A stretch of 64,000 nt of DNA from Escherichia phage BYEP01, in sequence record OR757453.1; one strand, written 5' to 3'. The position numbers and the translations under genes are program-made. This document shows positions 31,791 through 42,059 of the stretch, one piece after another. The notes beneath the pieces were generated by a model that worked only from the letters and a program-made list of their open reading frames with translations, was not told the origin of the DNA and did no database searches. Each line of letters opens with the position of its first letter. The first letter of the stretch is position 1.

Positions 31791-32720
31791 ATGAAAACTC
31801 GTAAACATTATATTGATTATTTTGACAGTCTTATTACTAAACATCGTAATTATCAGATAGGACACAGGGCAGTAATCAATAATATTCTTCGTGATTTCCT
31901 TCAATATGTTGGCCAGGAAAATCATATCTGTAAAGATACTCAAAACGCTTATTCTCATTCGTTAGGCAATTTGCTTCAATGGTTTAAACGTTCTCGTCTG
32001 TTATCTTCTACTGTAGCTAGTGATAACATTAAAAACTTTATGAAGCCGAGCTTCATTAAATCTGAGACATCTATAACCGATTTGGTTGAATTTACTATTG
32101 TTAACGATGTTAAAAAGACCCATTTGGCTGATTGGTTATCTACCATTCCCGAAACTAAATTTGCTGATAAATTCGCTTGTCAATTCAATGACCAAGTGAA
32201 TATGCTTTTTAAGCATGCTCGTAAACTATTTACCGCGGGCGATGACCGTACAAATACAGTTCATGTTAAGGATTGGGTTATTGCTGATGAAGTAACACAC
32301 AAGCCAGGTGGTTCATCAGTATTAATTAATATCCAGGTTCCTTATTATTACTCACGTAATCTCGGCACCATGACAGCTAGAGAAATTAATAAGCACAACA
32401 AAATTATTCGTTCGTTGTCTTATAAACTCTGCACGATGGTGGAGATGATGGACGTAGTAGAAATGTATGACGAAACCGAAGATAATGGTTCAATGCTGTA
32501 CAGTTCACGCATTCTAATTAAACTGAAGAACCCTAATACATATAAGACAGTTGTAAAAGAGCCTAAAGTAGAAAAGATTGATAACTTGAGCGAAGAACGC
32601 GAATATCTCAATGCTCGTTTGATTGAAGTTGAAGCCCAAATTGCAGAACACACCAAATTGTTAAAAGCTCTTAATGCAAAAGCAAATGGTTTACGTAATG
32701 CTATTGAGGTATTGAAATGA
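31791..32720 (+). CDS. hypothetical protein, tandem paralog 4 of 4
   Basis: 309 aa; C-terminal coiled coil. Confidence 0.6.
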   Translation: MKTRKHYIDYFDSLITKHRNYQIGHRAVINNILRDFLQYVGQENHICKDTQNAYSHSLGNLLQWFKRSRLLSSTVASDNIKNFMKPSFIKSETSITDLVEFTIVNDVKKTHLADWLSTIPETKFADKFACQFNDQVNMLFKHARKLFTAGDDRTNTVHVKDWVIADEVTHKPGGSSVLINIQVPYYYSRNLGTMTAREINKHNKIIRSLSYKLCTMVEMMDVVEMYDETEDNGSMLYSSRILIKLKNPNTYKTVVKEPKVEKIDNLSEEREYLNARLIEVEAQIAEHTKLLKALNAKANGLRNAIEVLK

Positions 32721-33031
32721 AAAAGCGTCTATTAGAAGACATTGCAGCTTCAAGTAATTCCAGTTTAATTAAAATTATTATGGCCGGTGAAGAAGACGAT
32801 CTGGAAATGCGTGGAAAGATTCATGGTTGTGATGATTATAGCAGCCCTATTAATTGGGATTCTGTAATGGTCATGGTTAAACGTCGCGAACGTGCTTCTA
32901 AAAACGTTCCTAATTGCCCTGAATGTGGAACTGAACAGGTGCAATTGGTCCATTGGCAGACTAATAATCTTCGTTATAAATGTCGCCATTGTAAACACCG
33001 ATTTGACCGAGAAGAAAATGACCAAGCGTAA
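32717..33031 (+). CDS. zinc-ribbon protein (104 aa)
   Basis: CPECG...CRHC. Confidence 0.5.
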   Translation: MKKRLLEDIAASSNSSLIKIIMAGEEDDLEMRGKIHGCDDYSSPINWDSVMVMVKRRERASKNVPNCPECGTEQVQLVHWQTNNLRYKCRHCKHRFDREENDQA

Positions 33032-33260
33032 AGAATATATGGAGACTGCTGAAAAGGCAGTCCGTGAATTAGTAATAGCTTATTATAATGAACATGGTAA
33101 ATTTCCTGATAGATACAGCGTGCTTAAATCTGCTTTAACTCGTTCATATAAAAATATGCTATCAGAAGTAAGTGATATTATATACAAACATAAAGAACAA
33201 ACGGGCCAAAGTCTTGATTACGACGAGACTTTTAAACAAGTACTAGGAATTAAGGAATAA
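33018..33260 (+). CDS. hypothetical protein (80 aa)
   Basis: Internal ATG of ORF 32892; start uncertain. Confidence 0.4.
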   Translation: MTKRKEYMETAEKAVRELVIAYYNEHGKFPDRYSVLKSALTRSYKNMLSEVSDIIYKHKEQTGQSLDYDETFKQVLGIKE

Positions 33261-33261
33261 T

Positions 33262-33525
33262 ATGTTTAAAGTATATGGTTATGATAGCAACATCCATAAA
33301 TGCGTGTATTGTGATAATGCAAAACGTCTTTTGACCGTGAAGAAACAGCCATTTGAATTTATCAACATTATGCCGGAAAAAGGTGTTTTTGATGATGAGA
33401 AAATTGCTGAGCTTCTGACTAAACTAGGTCGTGATACTCAAATCGGCTTGACAATGCCTCAGGTATTTGCTCCTGATGGAAGTCATATTGGCGGCTTTGA
33501 CCAATTGCGGGAATACTTTAAATGA
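33262..33525 (+). CDS. nrdC: glutaredoxin/thioredoxin NrdC (87 aa)
   Basis: Active site CVYC; matches remembered T4 NrdC. Confidence 0.88.
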   Translation: MFKVYGYDSNIHKCVYCDNAKRLLTVKKQPFEFINIMPEKGVFDDEKIAELLTKLGRDTQIGLTMPQVFAPDGSHIGGFDQLREYFK

Positions 33526-33737
33526 TGCTCGAAGGAACTGATTATATCCATGACTACCGCGGAAGCGCGGTATATGTAGGTGATGAAGTTGCAGTTTACT
33601 ATGGATATGGAACTTTGATGACAGCCAAAGTTATTCAAATTAAAAATAACCGTGCTAAACTTGAAGTTTATTATTCTAATGGCGAAAAGTCTATTTCTAA
33701 GTGGAAATACGGCGATTGTATGGTCAAACTGGGGTAA
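33522..33737 (+). CDS. hypothetical protein (71 aa)
   Basis: ATGA overlap. Confidence 0.45.
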   Translation: MMLEGTDYIHDYRGSAVYVGDEVAVYYGYGTLMTAKVIQIKNNRAKLEVYYSNGEKSISKWKYGDCMVKLG

Positions 33738-33739
33738 AT

Positions 33740-33910
33740 ATGATTTACGATATTAGTGTAGCAAGAACTCCATCAATGGTTACTATTCCAGCTGAAGAAT
33801 TAGATCGTCTTCATAAAATTGAAGAACTTCTTTGGGAAATTGAATCTGATTTGCCATCAGGACTAGAATCCTGGATTGATTATGAAGAACTTAATAAGCT
33901 TCGGGGTTAA
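33740..33910 (+). CDS. hypothetical protein (56 aa)
   Basis: Internal start of ORF 33701. Confidence 0.4.
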   Translation: MIYDISVARTPSMVTIPAEELDRLHKIEELLWEIESDLPSGLESWIDYEELNKLRG

Positions 33911-34032
33911 ATCCTGGTGGGCGGCTAGATGGGAAACAGTAGAGCCAGAGCCGGAAGAACCGGTTTACACTGATGAAGAAACAGTATATAATGAACCAAC
34001 GATAAATGACTTAATTGATATGGAGATGGGAC

Positions 34033-34479
34033 ATGATTACAGTAGATAAGTGGTTTAGAATTAATCGTGCTGATAAAGGGCTGTGTAATTACTGGCCGGA
34101 ACTTAGTGCAGGTACTGTCTTTAAAGTTCGTGAACTTGCAAAAGAATGCGAAGATGATATAGAACCTGATACTGGAATTATTGAAATTGAACTTTCTGAC
34201 GGAAAGGTTATTAACATCTATGATAAGCCAATTACGTATTGGTGCTTGTGGAATACTGAATCAGTAGAAAATGGCGAAATTGAAGAAGTTGTAGAACGAG
34301 CTGATCAAGCTCTTCATAAACCTAAAGCCGCTTTTCAAGGTGAACGCATTTCATACGCATTAGCTAAATTAGCTGCACAAGAAAATAACGATGGTTATGA
34401 AGGAAATTTGATGCAAGCTGCGGCAGAATATATTGAATGGCTTGAAACTCAAATTTCTTTTTCTGACCGAGCGTTTTAA
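34033..34479 (+). CDS. hypothetical protein (148 aa)
   Basis: ORF upstream of gene 49; start uncertain. Confidence 0.45.
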   Translation: MITVDKWFRINRADKGLCNYWPELSAGTVFKVRELAKECEDDIEPDTGIIEIELSDGKVINIYDKPITYWCLWNTESVENGEIEEVVERADQALHKPKAAFQGERISYALAKLAAQENNDGYEGNLMQAAAEYIEWLETQISFSDRAF

Positions 34480-34527
34480 TACTTGAAAATAATAAATACC
34501 CTTATCTATTTAAGGTAAGGGTTTATT

Positions 34528-35001
34528 ATGTTATTGACTGGCAAATTATATAAAGAAGAAAAACAGAAATTTTATGATGCACAAAATGGTAAATGCTTAA
34601 TTTGCCAACGAGAACTAAATCCTGATGTTCAAGCTAATCACCTTGACCATGACCATGAATTAAATGGACCAAAAGCAGGAAAGGTACGTGGATTGCTCTG
34701 TAATCTCTGTAATGCAGCAGAAGGTCAAATGAAGCATAAATTCAATCGTTCTGGCTTAAAGGGACAAGGTGTTGATTATCTTGAATGGTTAGAAAATTTA
34801 CTTACTTATTTAAAATCCGATTACACCCAAAATAATATTCACCCTAACTTTGTTGGAGATAAATCAAAGGAATTTTCTCGTTTAGGAAAAGAGGAAATGA
34901 TGGCTGAGATGCTTCAAAGAGGATTTGAATATAATGAATCTGACACTAAAACACAATTAATAGCTTCATTTAAGAAGCAGCTTAGAAAGAGTTTAAAATG
35001 A
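34528..35001 (+). CDS. 49: endonuclease VII, Holliday junction resolvase (157 aa)
   Basis: Zn-binding CLICQ...HLDHDH...CNLCN; 157 aa as in T4. Confidence 0.9.
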   Translation: MLLTGKLYKEEKQKFYDAQNGKCLICQRELNPDVQANHLDHDHELNGPKAGKVRGLLCNLCNAAEGQMKHKFNRSGLKGQGVDYLEWLENLLTYLKSDYTQNNIHPNFVGDKSKEFSRLGKEEMMAEMLQRGFEYNESDTKTQLIASFKKQLRKSLK

Positions 35002-35529
35002 CGATTGAAAAAGAAATTGAAGGATTAATTCATAAAACTAATAAAGACCTTTTAAACGAGAATGCTAATAAAGATTCTCGTGTTTTTCCAACTCAACGGG
35101 ACCTTATGGCTGGTATTGTGTCTAAACATATTGCCAAAAATATGGTCCCGTCTTTTATTATGAAAGCGCATGAAAGCGGAATTATTCACGTGCACGATAT
35201 TGATTATTCCCCTGCTCTTCCATTTACTAATTGCTGTTTAGTAGATTTAAAAGGAATGCTTGAGAATGGATTTAAGCTCGGTAATGCACAGATTGAAACT
35301 CCTAAATCAATCGGTGTTGCTACTGCAATTATGGCACAAATTACTGCGCAGGTTGCTTCTCATCAATATGGCGGAACGACTTTTGCGAATGTAGATAAAG
35401 TACTTTCTCCTTATGTTAAACGCACCTATGCAAAACATATTGAGGACGCAGAAAAATGGCAAATCGCTGACGCGTTGAATTATGCCCAATCTAAAACAGA
35501 AAAAGACGTATACGATGCATTCCAAGCTT
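34998..35529 (+). CDS. nrdD: anaerobic ribonucleotide reductase NrdD, exon 1 (3-prime junction approximate)
   Basis: N-terminal region of class III RNR; ORF ends at stop 35541-35543 inside intron-like sequence. Confidence 0.7.
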
Positions 35530-35868
35530 ATGAGTTAATTTAATTCAGGCTCATGTAAAACCGGTCTAAACGGGGAACCTCTCTAGTAGACAATCCCGTG
35601 CTAAATGTTCTTTTGAACTAAATGCCTAACGACTAACCGTGATGAATGTAGCGGTGTAGAATAGAAGCTAATGCTATTCGAAACGGCCGGCATCGAAAGA
35701 TGAAGATATAGTCTAATCTGCATGGCGACATGCAGCAGTCATCTTGTATAAATAAGATTATCTTATGAATACGAGGTGAAACAATGAAATGGATAAAAGA
35801 CGTTGCATATCTATGGACTATCCAAATTTTGTTGTTTCATATAAACGGGCATGAATTTGCGTCTCATG
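35530..35868 (+). mobile_element. group I intron in nrdD without endonuclease ORF (boundaries +/- 20 nt)
   Basis: Same-frame exons separated by stop-rich ~340 nt with group I S-element aagatatagtct, P9 hairpin ctgcatggcgacatgcag and internal TATAAATA. Confidence 0.6.
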
Positions 35869-37160
35869 CTGAATATAATGATGAAGTAAATACACTTTTC
35901 AGCTCTAATGGACAAACGCCTTTTGTAACAATTACGTTTGGTACGGGAACCGACTGGACTGAACGAATGATTCAGAAAGCAATTCTTAAAAACCGCATTA
36001 AAGGCCTTGGTCGTGATGGGATAACTCCTATTTTCCCTAAGCTTGTTATGTTCGTTGAAGAGGGTGTTAATCTTTATAAAGACGATCCGAACTATGATAT
36101 TAAGCAGCTTGCTTTAGAGTGCGCAAGCAAAAGGATGTATCCTGATATTATTTCAGCTAAGAACAATAAAGCTATCACGGGTTCATCTATTCCTGTTTCT
36201 CCAATGGGTTGTCGTAGTTTCTTGGGCGTATGGAAAGATTCCACTGGTAATGAAATTCTTGATGGACGTAATAATCTTGGCGTTGTAACACTGAATCTTC
36301 CTCGTATTGCGTTAGATTCTTATATTGGAACACAGTTCAATGAACAGAAATTTGCCGAATTGTTCAATGAACGAATGGATTTATGTTTTGAAGCTTTGAT
36401 GTGTAGAATTAGTTCCTTAAAAGGAGTTAAAGCGACTGTTGCTCCTATTCTTTATCAAGAAGGTGCATTCGGGGTTCGTCTTAAACCTGATGACGATATA
36501 ATTGAGTTATTTAAAAACGGTAGAAGTTCAGTGTCCCTAGGATACATTGGTATTCACGAATTGAATATTCTTGTCGGTCGTGATATTGGACAAGAAATTT
36601 TAACTAAAATGAATGCTCGTCTTAAGCAGTGGACTGAAAGAACCGGTTTTGCTTTTAGTTTGTATTCTACTCCTGCTGAAAACCTGTGCTATCGCTTCTG
36701 TAAACTTGATACCGAAAAATATGGAAGTGTAAAAGATGTTACCGATAAAGGCTGGTACACTAACAGTTTCCACGTTTCAGTAGAAGAAAATATTACTCCG
36801 TTTGAAAAGATTTCTCGCGAAGCCCCGTATCATTTCATTGCGACAGGTGGTCACATTTCTTATGTTGAACTTCCTGATATGAAAAATAACTTAAAAGGCC
36901 TTGAGGCCATATGGGATTATGCTGCACAACATTTAGATTATTTTGGTGTTAACATGCCGGTAGATAAATGTTTTACATGCGGAAGTACCCATGAAATGAC
37001 TCCTACTGAAAACGGATTTGTTTGTTCTATTTGTGGAGAAACTGATCCTAAAAAGATGAACACAATAAGAAGAACATGCGGATATCTTGGAACTCCTAGC
37101 GTTGTTCCATGGAATTTAGGTAAAATGAAAGAAATGGTAAAACGAGTAAAACATGCATAG
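35869..37160 (+). CDS. nrdD: anaerobic ribonucleotide reductase NrdD, exon 2 (5-prime junction approximate)
   Basis: NTLFSSNGQTPF aligns to remembered E. coli NrdD NSMHSRGGQVPF; C-terminal glycyl radical region and Zn site CFTCG...CSICG; exon1+exon2 about 600 aa. Confidence 0.7.
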
Positions 37161-37983
37161 GTATTATATAATTTATAAAATAACAAATATAATTAATTCA
37201 AAGGAATATATCGGTGCGCATAGCACCGATAACATAAATGACGGTTATATGGGGTCAGGAACATTGATTCGTGCCGCTTTATTAAAATATGGTAGAAAAA
37301 ATTTTAATAAAGAAATTTTACATGTTTTTGATAATGAAAAACAAATGTATGATAAAGAAGCTGAACTTGTAACCGAAGAGTATTGTCTAAAAGAAAATAC
37401 ATATAATATTAAACCTGGTGGAAAAGGTGGAACTGCCTATGAACAGACACTTGAACATCGCCGCAAAAATAGTTTAGCAAATAAAGGTAAAAAGAGAACA
37501 GAAGAAACTAAAATAGCTATTTCACGTGCTTTAAAGAAATATAAACGTACGCCAGCGCATCAAGCAAATTTAAATAAAGCCGTAAGCATAGCTATGAAGC
37601 GAAAAGATGTTAGAAGTAAATTAGCTGGAGAGCGGTCTGAGAAAGATAAATTATCTATATCAAACGGTGTTAAAAAATATTACAATTCTTTGAGTGAAGA
37701 AGAACGCGAACTTCATCGCAAGCGAATTATTGAAGGTAAAAAGAATTCTCCCATGTCATTGGAATCTAGACAAAAGCTTTCAAAAGCTTTAAAAGGACTT
37801 CAAGTTGGTTCAAAAAATCCAATGTATGGAAAAATTTCTCCAACTAGCAAAACCGTTTCAGTTGACGGTATTAAATATGATTCAATTAAAAAGTGCTCAA
37901 ATGCCATAAAAGTTTCTAGACATCTTATACTAAAACGCTGTAATTCTACTGATGAAGCTTGGAAAAATTGGATATTATTATGA
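37153..37983 (+). CDS. GIY-YIG homing endonuclease (Seg-like, 276 aa)
   Basis: YIIYKITNIINSKEYIGAHS; overlaps nrdD stop by 8 nt and nrdG start by ATGA. Confidence 0.8.
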   Translation: MHRYYIIYKITNIINSKEYIGAHSTDNINDGYMGSGTLIRAALLKYGRKNFNKEILHVFDNEKQMYDKEAELVTEEYCLKENTYNIKPGGKGGTAYEQTLEHRRKNSLANKGKKRTEETKIAISRALKKYKRTPAHQANLNKAVSIAMKRKDVRSKLAGERSEKDKLSISNGVKKYYNSLSEEERELHRKRIIEGKKNSPMSLESRQKLSKALKGLQVGSKNPMYGKISPTSKTVSVDGIKYDSIKKCSNAIKVSRHLILKRCNSTDEAWKNWILL

Positions 37984-38450
37984 ATTATGACAGAATATAC
38001 CCGTGCTGCTTTGTTAATGGTCCTGGATGCAGGACAGTTCTTTTCGTTACAGGTTGTTTGCATAAATGCGAAGGGTGTTATAATAAATCAACATGGAATG
38101 CTAGAAATGGCGTTCCATTTACTGGTGAAACACTAGAACAATTAATTGAATGTTTGAATAATGATTATATAGAAGGATTAACTATAACTGGAGGTGACCC
38201 TCTTTATCCTGATAACCGAGATGATGTTCATTGCATTGTTCAAACTGTAAAAAATCTTTATCCAAATAAAAGCATTTGGTTGTGGACAGGGTACAAGTTT
38301 GAAGATATTAAACAACTAGAAATGCTTAAATATGTTGATGTTATTATTGATGGGAAGTATGAGAAAAATCTTCCAACCAAAAAGCTGTGGCGAGGTTCAG
38401 ATAATCAGCGACTTTGGTCAAATACCGATGGGGTGTGGAAACATGATTAA
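37980..38450 (+). CDS. nrdG: anaerobic RNR activating enzyme NrdG (radical SAM, 156 aa)
   Basis: CLHKCEGCYN cysteine cluster. Confidence 0.85.
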   Translation: MNYDRIYPCCFVNGPGCRTVLFVTGCLHKCEGCYNKSTWNARNGVPFTGETLEQLIECLNNDYIEGLTITGGDPLYPDNRDDVHCIVQTVKNLYPNKSIWLWTGYKFEDIKQLEMLKYVDVIIDGKYEKNLPTKKLWRGSDNQRLWSNTDGVWKHD

Positions 38451-38564
38451 ACTGAATTATATTATTGATACTATAAATGATATGATTTTTCATTTTGGTC
38501 CAGAATTTTATTCGCAGTATAGTTTAGTACTTATCAATGCTTGGTTAATCAATTAAGGGTAAAT

Positions 38565-38780
38565 ATGTATAAATTTCGTAAAGGTTTAGCTGATTTTCTT
38601 ACAACTGTAACGTTCTTTTTGTTTATGGCAGTTGGTGCTATTTTTCTTATTCCTTTTATTGCTATATTTTTCGTAATTAGCTTAATTTCTCCAGAAAAAG
38701 GCTTATCTTCTAGCGAGTTCAATGAGCGTCTGGATAAAATTACTAACAAGCTTAATGCTGTTCTTGATAAAAAGGCTTAA
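38565..38780 (+). CDS. small membrane protein (71 aa)
   Basis: TM segment FFLFMAVGAIFLIPFIAIFFVISLI. Confidence 0.5.
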   Translation: MYKFRKGLADFLTTVTFFLFMAVGAIFLIPFIAIFFVISLISPEKGLSSSEFNERLDKITNKLNAVLDKKA

Positions 38781-38782
38781 TT

Positions 38783-39094
38783 ATGATTAGTTTTGAGCAG
38801 TATGTGGTAGAGAGTTGGAAGGGGTTTGATATGTTTGGTAATGACTATTATTTCTATGAATGTAGTCTAAATCCTAGTTTTTGGGCTGGACGTGAACGAG
38901 ATCTCGAAGAAATTAATGCTCGTGCTGAATTGTTAGGTGAACTGCCTACGGTTTATTTTACCTTTGATGCATCTGGATTTGTTATCCAGGTTTATTTTCC
39001 TGAAGAAAATTCTGGCGATGATTCTGTTAACCCGCCATACTGGGCTTATCAAGGAATTATTTCTCGTGGAACAAAACTCGAACTTAAAGAATAA
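38783..39094 (+). CDS. hypothetical protein (103 aa)
   Basis: ORF. Confidence 0.5.
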   Translation: MISFEQYVVESWKGFDMFGNDYYFYECSLNPSFWAGRERDLEEINARAELLGELPTVYFTFDASGFVIQVYFPEENSGDDSVNPPYWAYQGIISRGTKLELKE

Positions 39095-39389
39095 GATTGA
39101 AGTCTATGGAATTCCAGATGAAGTAGGTCGTTGTCCTGGATGTCAATCAGTTACAAAACTTCTAAAGGAGCTCAATGCTCCTTTTATTTTCTATAAAGTT
39201 CTTACAAATAATGGTAAGATTGAGTATGATCGTCCACTGATTGTATCTCTTGCTAAACGAGCTGGATTCACATCTCTTAACATTCGTTATCCAGTCATTT
39301 TCATTAATGATTCTAGACAAAAGAACATTAAACACTTCAAAGAAACTCTCATTTCGCTTGGATATGATAGAGATATCATAGAAGATTAA
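39066..39389 (+). CDS. nrdH: glutaredoxin-like NrdH (start uncertain, possibly GTG)
   Basis: CPGC active site; no in-frame ATG near conserved N-terminus. Confidence 0.6.
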   Translation: MEQNSNLKNKIEVYGIPDEVGRCPGCQSVTKLLKELNAPFIFYKVLTNNGKIEYDRPLIVSLAKRAGFTSLNIRYPVIFINDSRQKNIKHFKETLISLGYDRDIIED

Positions 39390-39392
39390 GAC

Positions 39393-39420
39393 GGGCCCTC
39401 TGGGCCTTTCTTTCTCACAT
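39393..39420 (+). terminator. terminator hairpin
   Basis: ggccc-tct-gggcc followed by T-rich run. Confidence 0.55.
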
Positions 39421-39487
39421 TCTGTATATTACCATTCTAAGCTATCGTTCCTTTCTTATCATTCCCTAAAATATTTTTCACAAAGTT

Positions 39488-39517
39488 GTTTACAACGAGC
39501 TCAAACTGTGGTATTAT
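39488..39517 (+). promoter_or_regulatory. early promoter
   Basis: gtttac..tgtggtattat. Confidence 0.55.
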
Positions 39518-39547
39518 TAACATATGAATTGCCTTTGAGGATTTGAT

Positions 39548-39730
39548 ATGGTTGTGGTTGATAAAGAAATTAAAAAGGGACAGTATTATTTTATTAATGG
39601 TAGTGTTGTTCGTGTTACTTATGTAAACGGTTTTGAAGTTTATTATCTTATACTCAAGTTACATAAACAGATGATTTGTGACCGTGCTGTATTTAGTTCA
39701 GTTGCTAAGGAAATTAAACTCCATGGGTAA
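39548..39730 (+). CDS. hypothetical protein (60 aa)
   Basis: ORF. Confidence 0.45.
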   Translation: MVVVDKEIKKGQYYFINGSVVRVTYVNGFEVYYLILKLHKQMICDRAVFSSVAKEIKLHG

Positions 39731-40016
39731 AACGTATCGTCGTAAAGACTTGAAAGTTCGTGATTATGACTATTTCGGAAAGCGTAAAGCTCCTGATGGT
39801 GTAAGTCATAAAGATATGGTTGAAAACATTTTTCGCTCTGATAAATGGCGTAGAATGAAAGGCATTGATTCAGAAGTTAAAGATGAGCTAAATCGTCAAT
39901 TACGTAGTGAAGTAAGAAAGTTGAAAAAATCAGTTTACATTGACGATGATTTTGATTATAATACTTCTCAACGAGTTGCTAAACGTAAATCAAACGAGTG
40001 TTATCGTTACAGCTGA
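39723..40016 (+). CDS. basic hypothetical protein (97 aa)
   Basis: Lys/Arg-rich. Confidence 0.45.
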   Translation: MGKTYRRKDLKVRDYDYFGKRKAPDGVSHKDMVENIFRSDKWRRMKGIDSEVKDELNRQLRSEVRKLKKSVYIDDDFDYNTSQRVAKRKSNECYRYS

Positions 40017-40023
40017 GGAAAAT

Positions 40024-40155
40024 ATGAATATCAAACGAATGCTTTTTAAACAAGGATTATACACTTTAAATGTTACTCCAAAAGGTGATACAACTAAGTG
40101 GTCAGTAAATGACTGGATTAAATTTATTGATGAAAACGGTAACTGGAAAATTTAA
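40024..40155 (+). CDS. hypothetical small protein (43 aa)
   Basis: SD GAGGAAAA. Confidence 0.4.
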   Translation: MNIKRMLFKQGLYTLNVTPKGDTTKWSVNDWIKFIDENGNWKI

Positions 40156-40356
40156 ATGAATCCTGAATCTAAATTATCACAACGAATTGCCGAAGCTCGT
40201 CGTCAGTTCTTTGAAAATATGATAGCCCAAGGTATTGATGATGAAGTTTTTCTAAACTGGTTTTGGAATCACAAATATTCAAGTTGCTCAGGAGCAATAT
40301 TAATATCAGCCGCAATGATGTACGAAGGCTGGAAGGGTGCCAAACGGTTTAGCTAA
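40156..40356 (+). CDS. hypothetical protein (66 aa)
   Basis: ORF ending at terminator. Confidence 0.5.
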   Translation: MNPESKLSQRIAEARRQFFENMIAQGIDDEVFLNWFWNHKYSSCSGAILISAAMMYEGWKGAKRFS

Positions 40357-40375
40357 GGGCTTCGGCCCTTTTTGG
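40356..40375 (+). terminator. UUCG-loop terminator hairpin
   Basis: agggc-ttcg-gccct-ttttt. Confidence 0.65.
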
Positions 40376-40408
40376 ATAATAAAATTTTAACGTAATTGAG
40401 GATAATGT

Positions 40409-40729
40409 ATGACTATTCAAATTAAAAACGTCATTAATTCTTACGCATATGATAAAGTAGTTTCTTTGCTAGAAAAAGGCGATATTGTAACTCCTCAAAT
40501 TTTGGATAAATGGGAAAAAGAGCTTCATCAAATGATGAAACAGAATGATCAGAAGATTGGACGCAATACTGTCCGTGAATTGTTGGTTCAATATATCTTG
40601 TCAGAATTTGATGTTAAAGCTTTTGGTGTAGAATCTAAAGCTTATCAAAAGCATGAAATTTCCGATAAAACTATTCGTCGCATGAAAAATCAACGCAAGA
40701 AAAAATTTGCAGACCTGAAAAATTGCTAA
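40409..40729 (+). CDS. hypothetical protein (106 aa)
   Basis: ORF. Confidence 0.5.
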   Translation: MTIQIKNVINSYAYDKVVSLLEKGDIVTPQILDKWEKELHQMMKQNDQKIGRNTVRELLVQYILSEFDVKAFGVESKAYQKHEISDKTIRRMKNQRKKKFADLKNC

Positions 40730-40732
40730 GGT

Positions 40733-40954
40733 ATGAATATGAACGAAGCTCTTATTAACGATTTGCGTCTTGCCGGATATGAAGTAAATACAAACGGCAT
40801 TGGTTTAACTCAAATTGAAGGAAATGGATTCATCCTTGAGTATGAATTTAGCCAATGGTGGTTATACGCTAATTACGGCGAATTGATTGAATACGTTGAC
40901 CAATTTGATTCACTAGATGCAGCTCTTGAAGCGGCTAAGTTGATGAATGCATGA
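40733..40954 (+). CDS. hypothetical protein (73 aa)
   Basis: ORF. Confidence 0.5.
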   Translation: MNMNEALINDLRLAGYEVNTNGIGLTQIEGNGFILEYEFSQWWLYANYGELIEYVDQFDSLDAALEAAKLMNA

Positions 40955-41220
40955 AATTTATTAATATTTCTATTACTATTGAAAATTATGGAATTTTCTA
41001 TGTTGACCAATATATGAAAATTTCATTTTTCCCAAATAAGACTGGTGTTGGATATTGGGAAAGCCATGTTTCTGAATTAAATGAAAGCGAATATGTTAGC
41101 ACACATGAAAAGTTTTTAGACTTTTTATATCATGCTGATTTAACTAGTCATTATATAGATATTCATGAATTTAAAAAGATGATGGAGAAAGTATTCCAAG
41201 CATACTGTTTACTTAGATAA
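40951..41220 (+). CDS. hypothetical protein (89 aa)
   Basis: ATGA overlap. Confidence 0.5.
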   Translation: MKFINISITIENYGIFYVDQYMKISFFPNKTGVGYWESHVSELNESEYVSTHEKFLDFLYHADLTSHYIDIHEFKKMMEKVFQAYCLLR

Positions 41221-41298
41221 CTGATATCCTCTATGCTTTAAGATAGATCTTCAAATATTATGATATAATAGATCTATGAATTGAGCTAAGAGGTGAAA

Positions 41299-41856
41299 AT
41301 GTCAGAAACTAAGCCTAAATATAATTACGTAAACAATAAAGAGCTTTTACAAGCTATTATTGATTGGAAAACAGAATTAGCAAATAATAAAGACCCAAAT
41401 AAAGTAGTTCGTCAGAATGATACTATCGGATTAGCCATTATGCTTATTGCAGAAGGCTTATCTAAACGTTTCAACTTTTCAGGATACACCCAGTCTTGGA
41501 AACAAGAAATGATTGCAGATGGTATAGAAGCTTCTATTAAGGGGCTTCATAATTTTGATGAAACGAAATATAAAAACCCACATGCATATATAACTCAAGC
41601 TTGTTTTAATGCATTCGTCCAACGTATTAAAAAAGAACGTAAGGAAGTTGCAAAGAAATATAGTTACTTCGTTCACAATGTCTATGACAGTCGTGACGAC
41701 GATATGGTTGCGTTAGTAGATGAAACTTTTATTCAAGACATCTACGATAAAATGACGCATTACGAAGAATCAACCTATAGAACACCAGGGGCTGAAAAGA
41801 AAAGTGTTGTAGACGATTCTCCTAGTTTGGATTTTTTATATGAGGCTAACGATTAA
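41299..41856 (+). CDS. 55: late sigma factor gp55 (185 aa)
   Basis: [35 protein letters not shown] matches remembered T4 gp55. Confidence 0.92.
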
Positions 41857-42058
41857 CCTCTCCGGATTCTTGGAAGAAATACCTGAAGTTGAAGCTATTC
41901 CCTATTTACTTAAAATGTATCTCAGGGAAGTTTTAGCTCTTGACATTGATATTGATCCAGAAAATCCGTATGATACCGCTTTTAAATCTAATGGTGTAGA
42001 ATTAAACTATCGGTATCATTTAACAGATGATGATTTTTATTTTATATTAGAGAAATAA
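41840..42058 (+). CDS. hypothetical protein (72 aa)
   Basis: ORF. Confidence 0.45.
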
Positions 42059-42059
42059 T

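Noticed and set aside
38937-39094. N-terminal 50 codons of track ORF 38937..39389
   Set aside because: This part overlaps the preceding gene in another frame; the conserved NrdH-like sequence begins near 39066, so the long extension is probably not translated.
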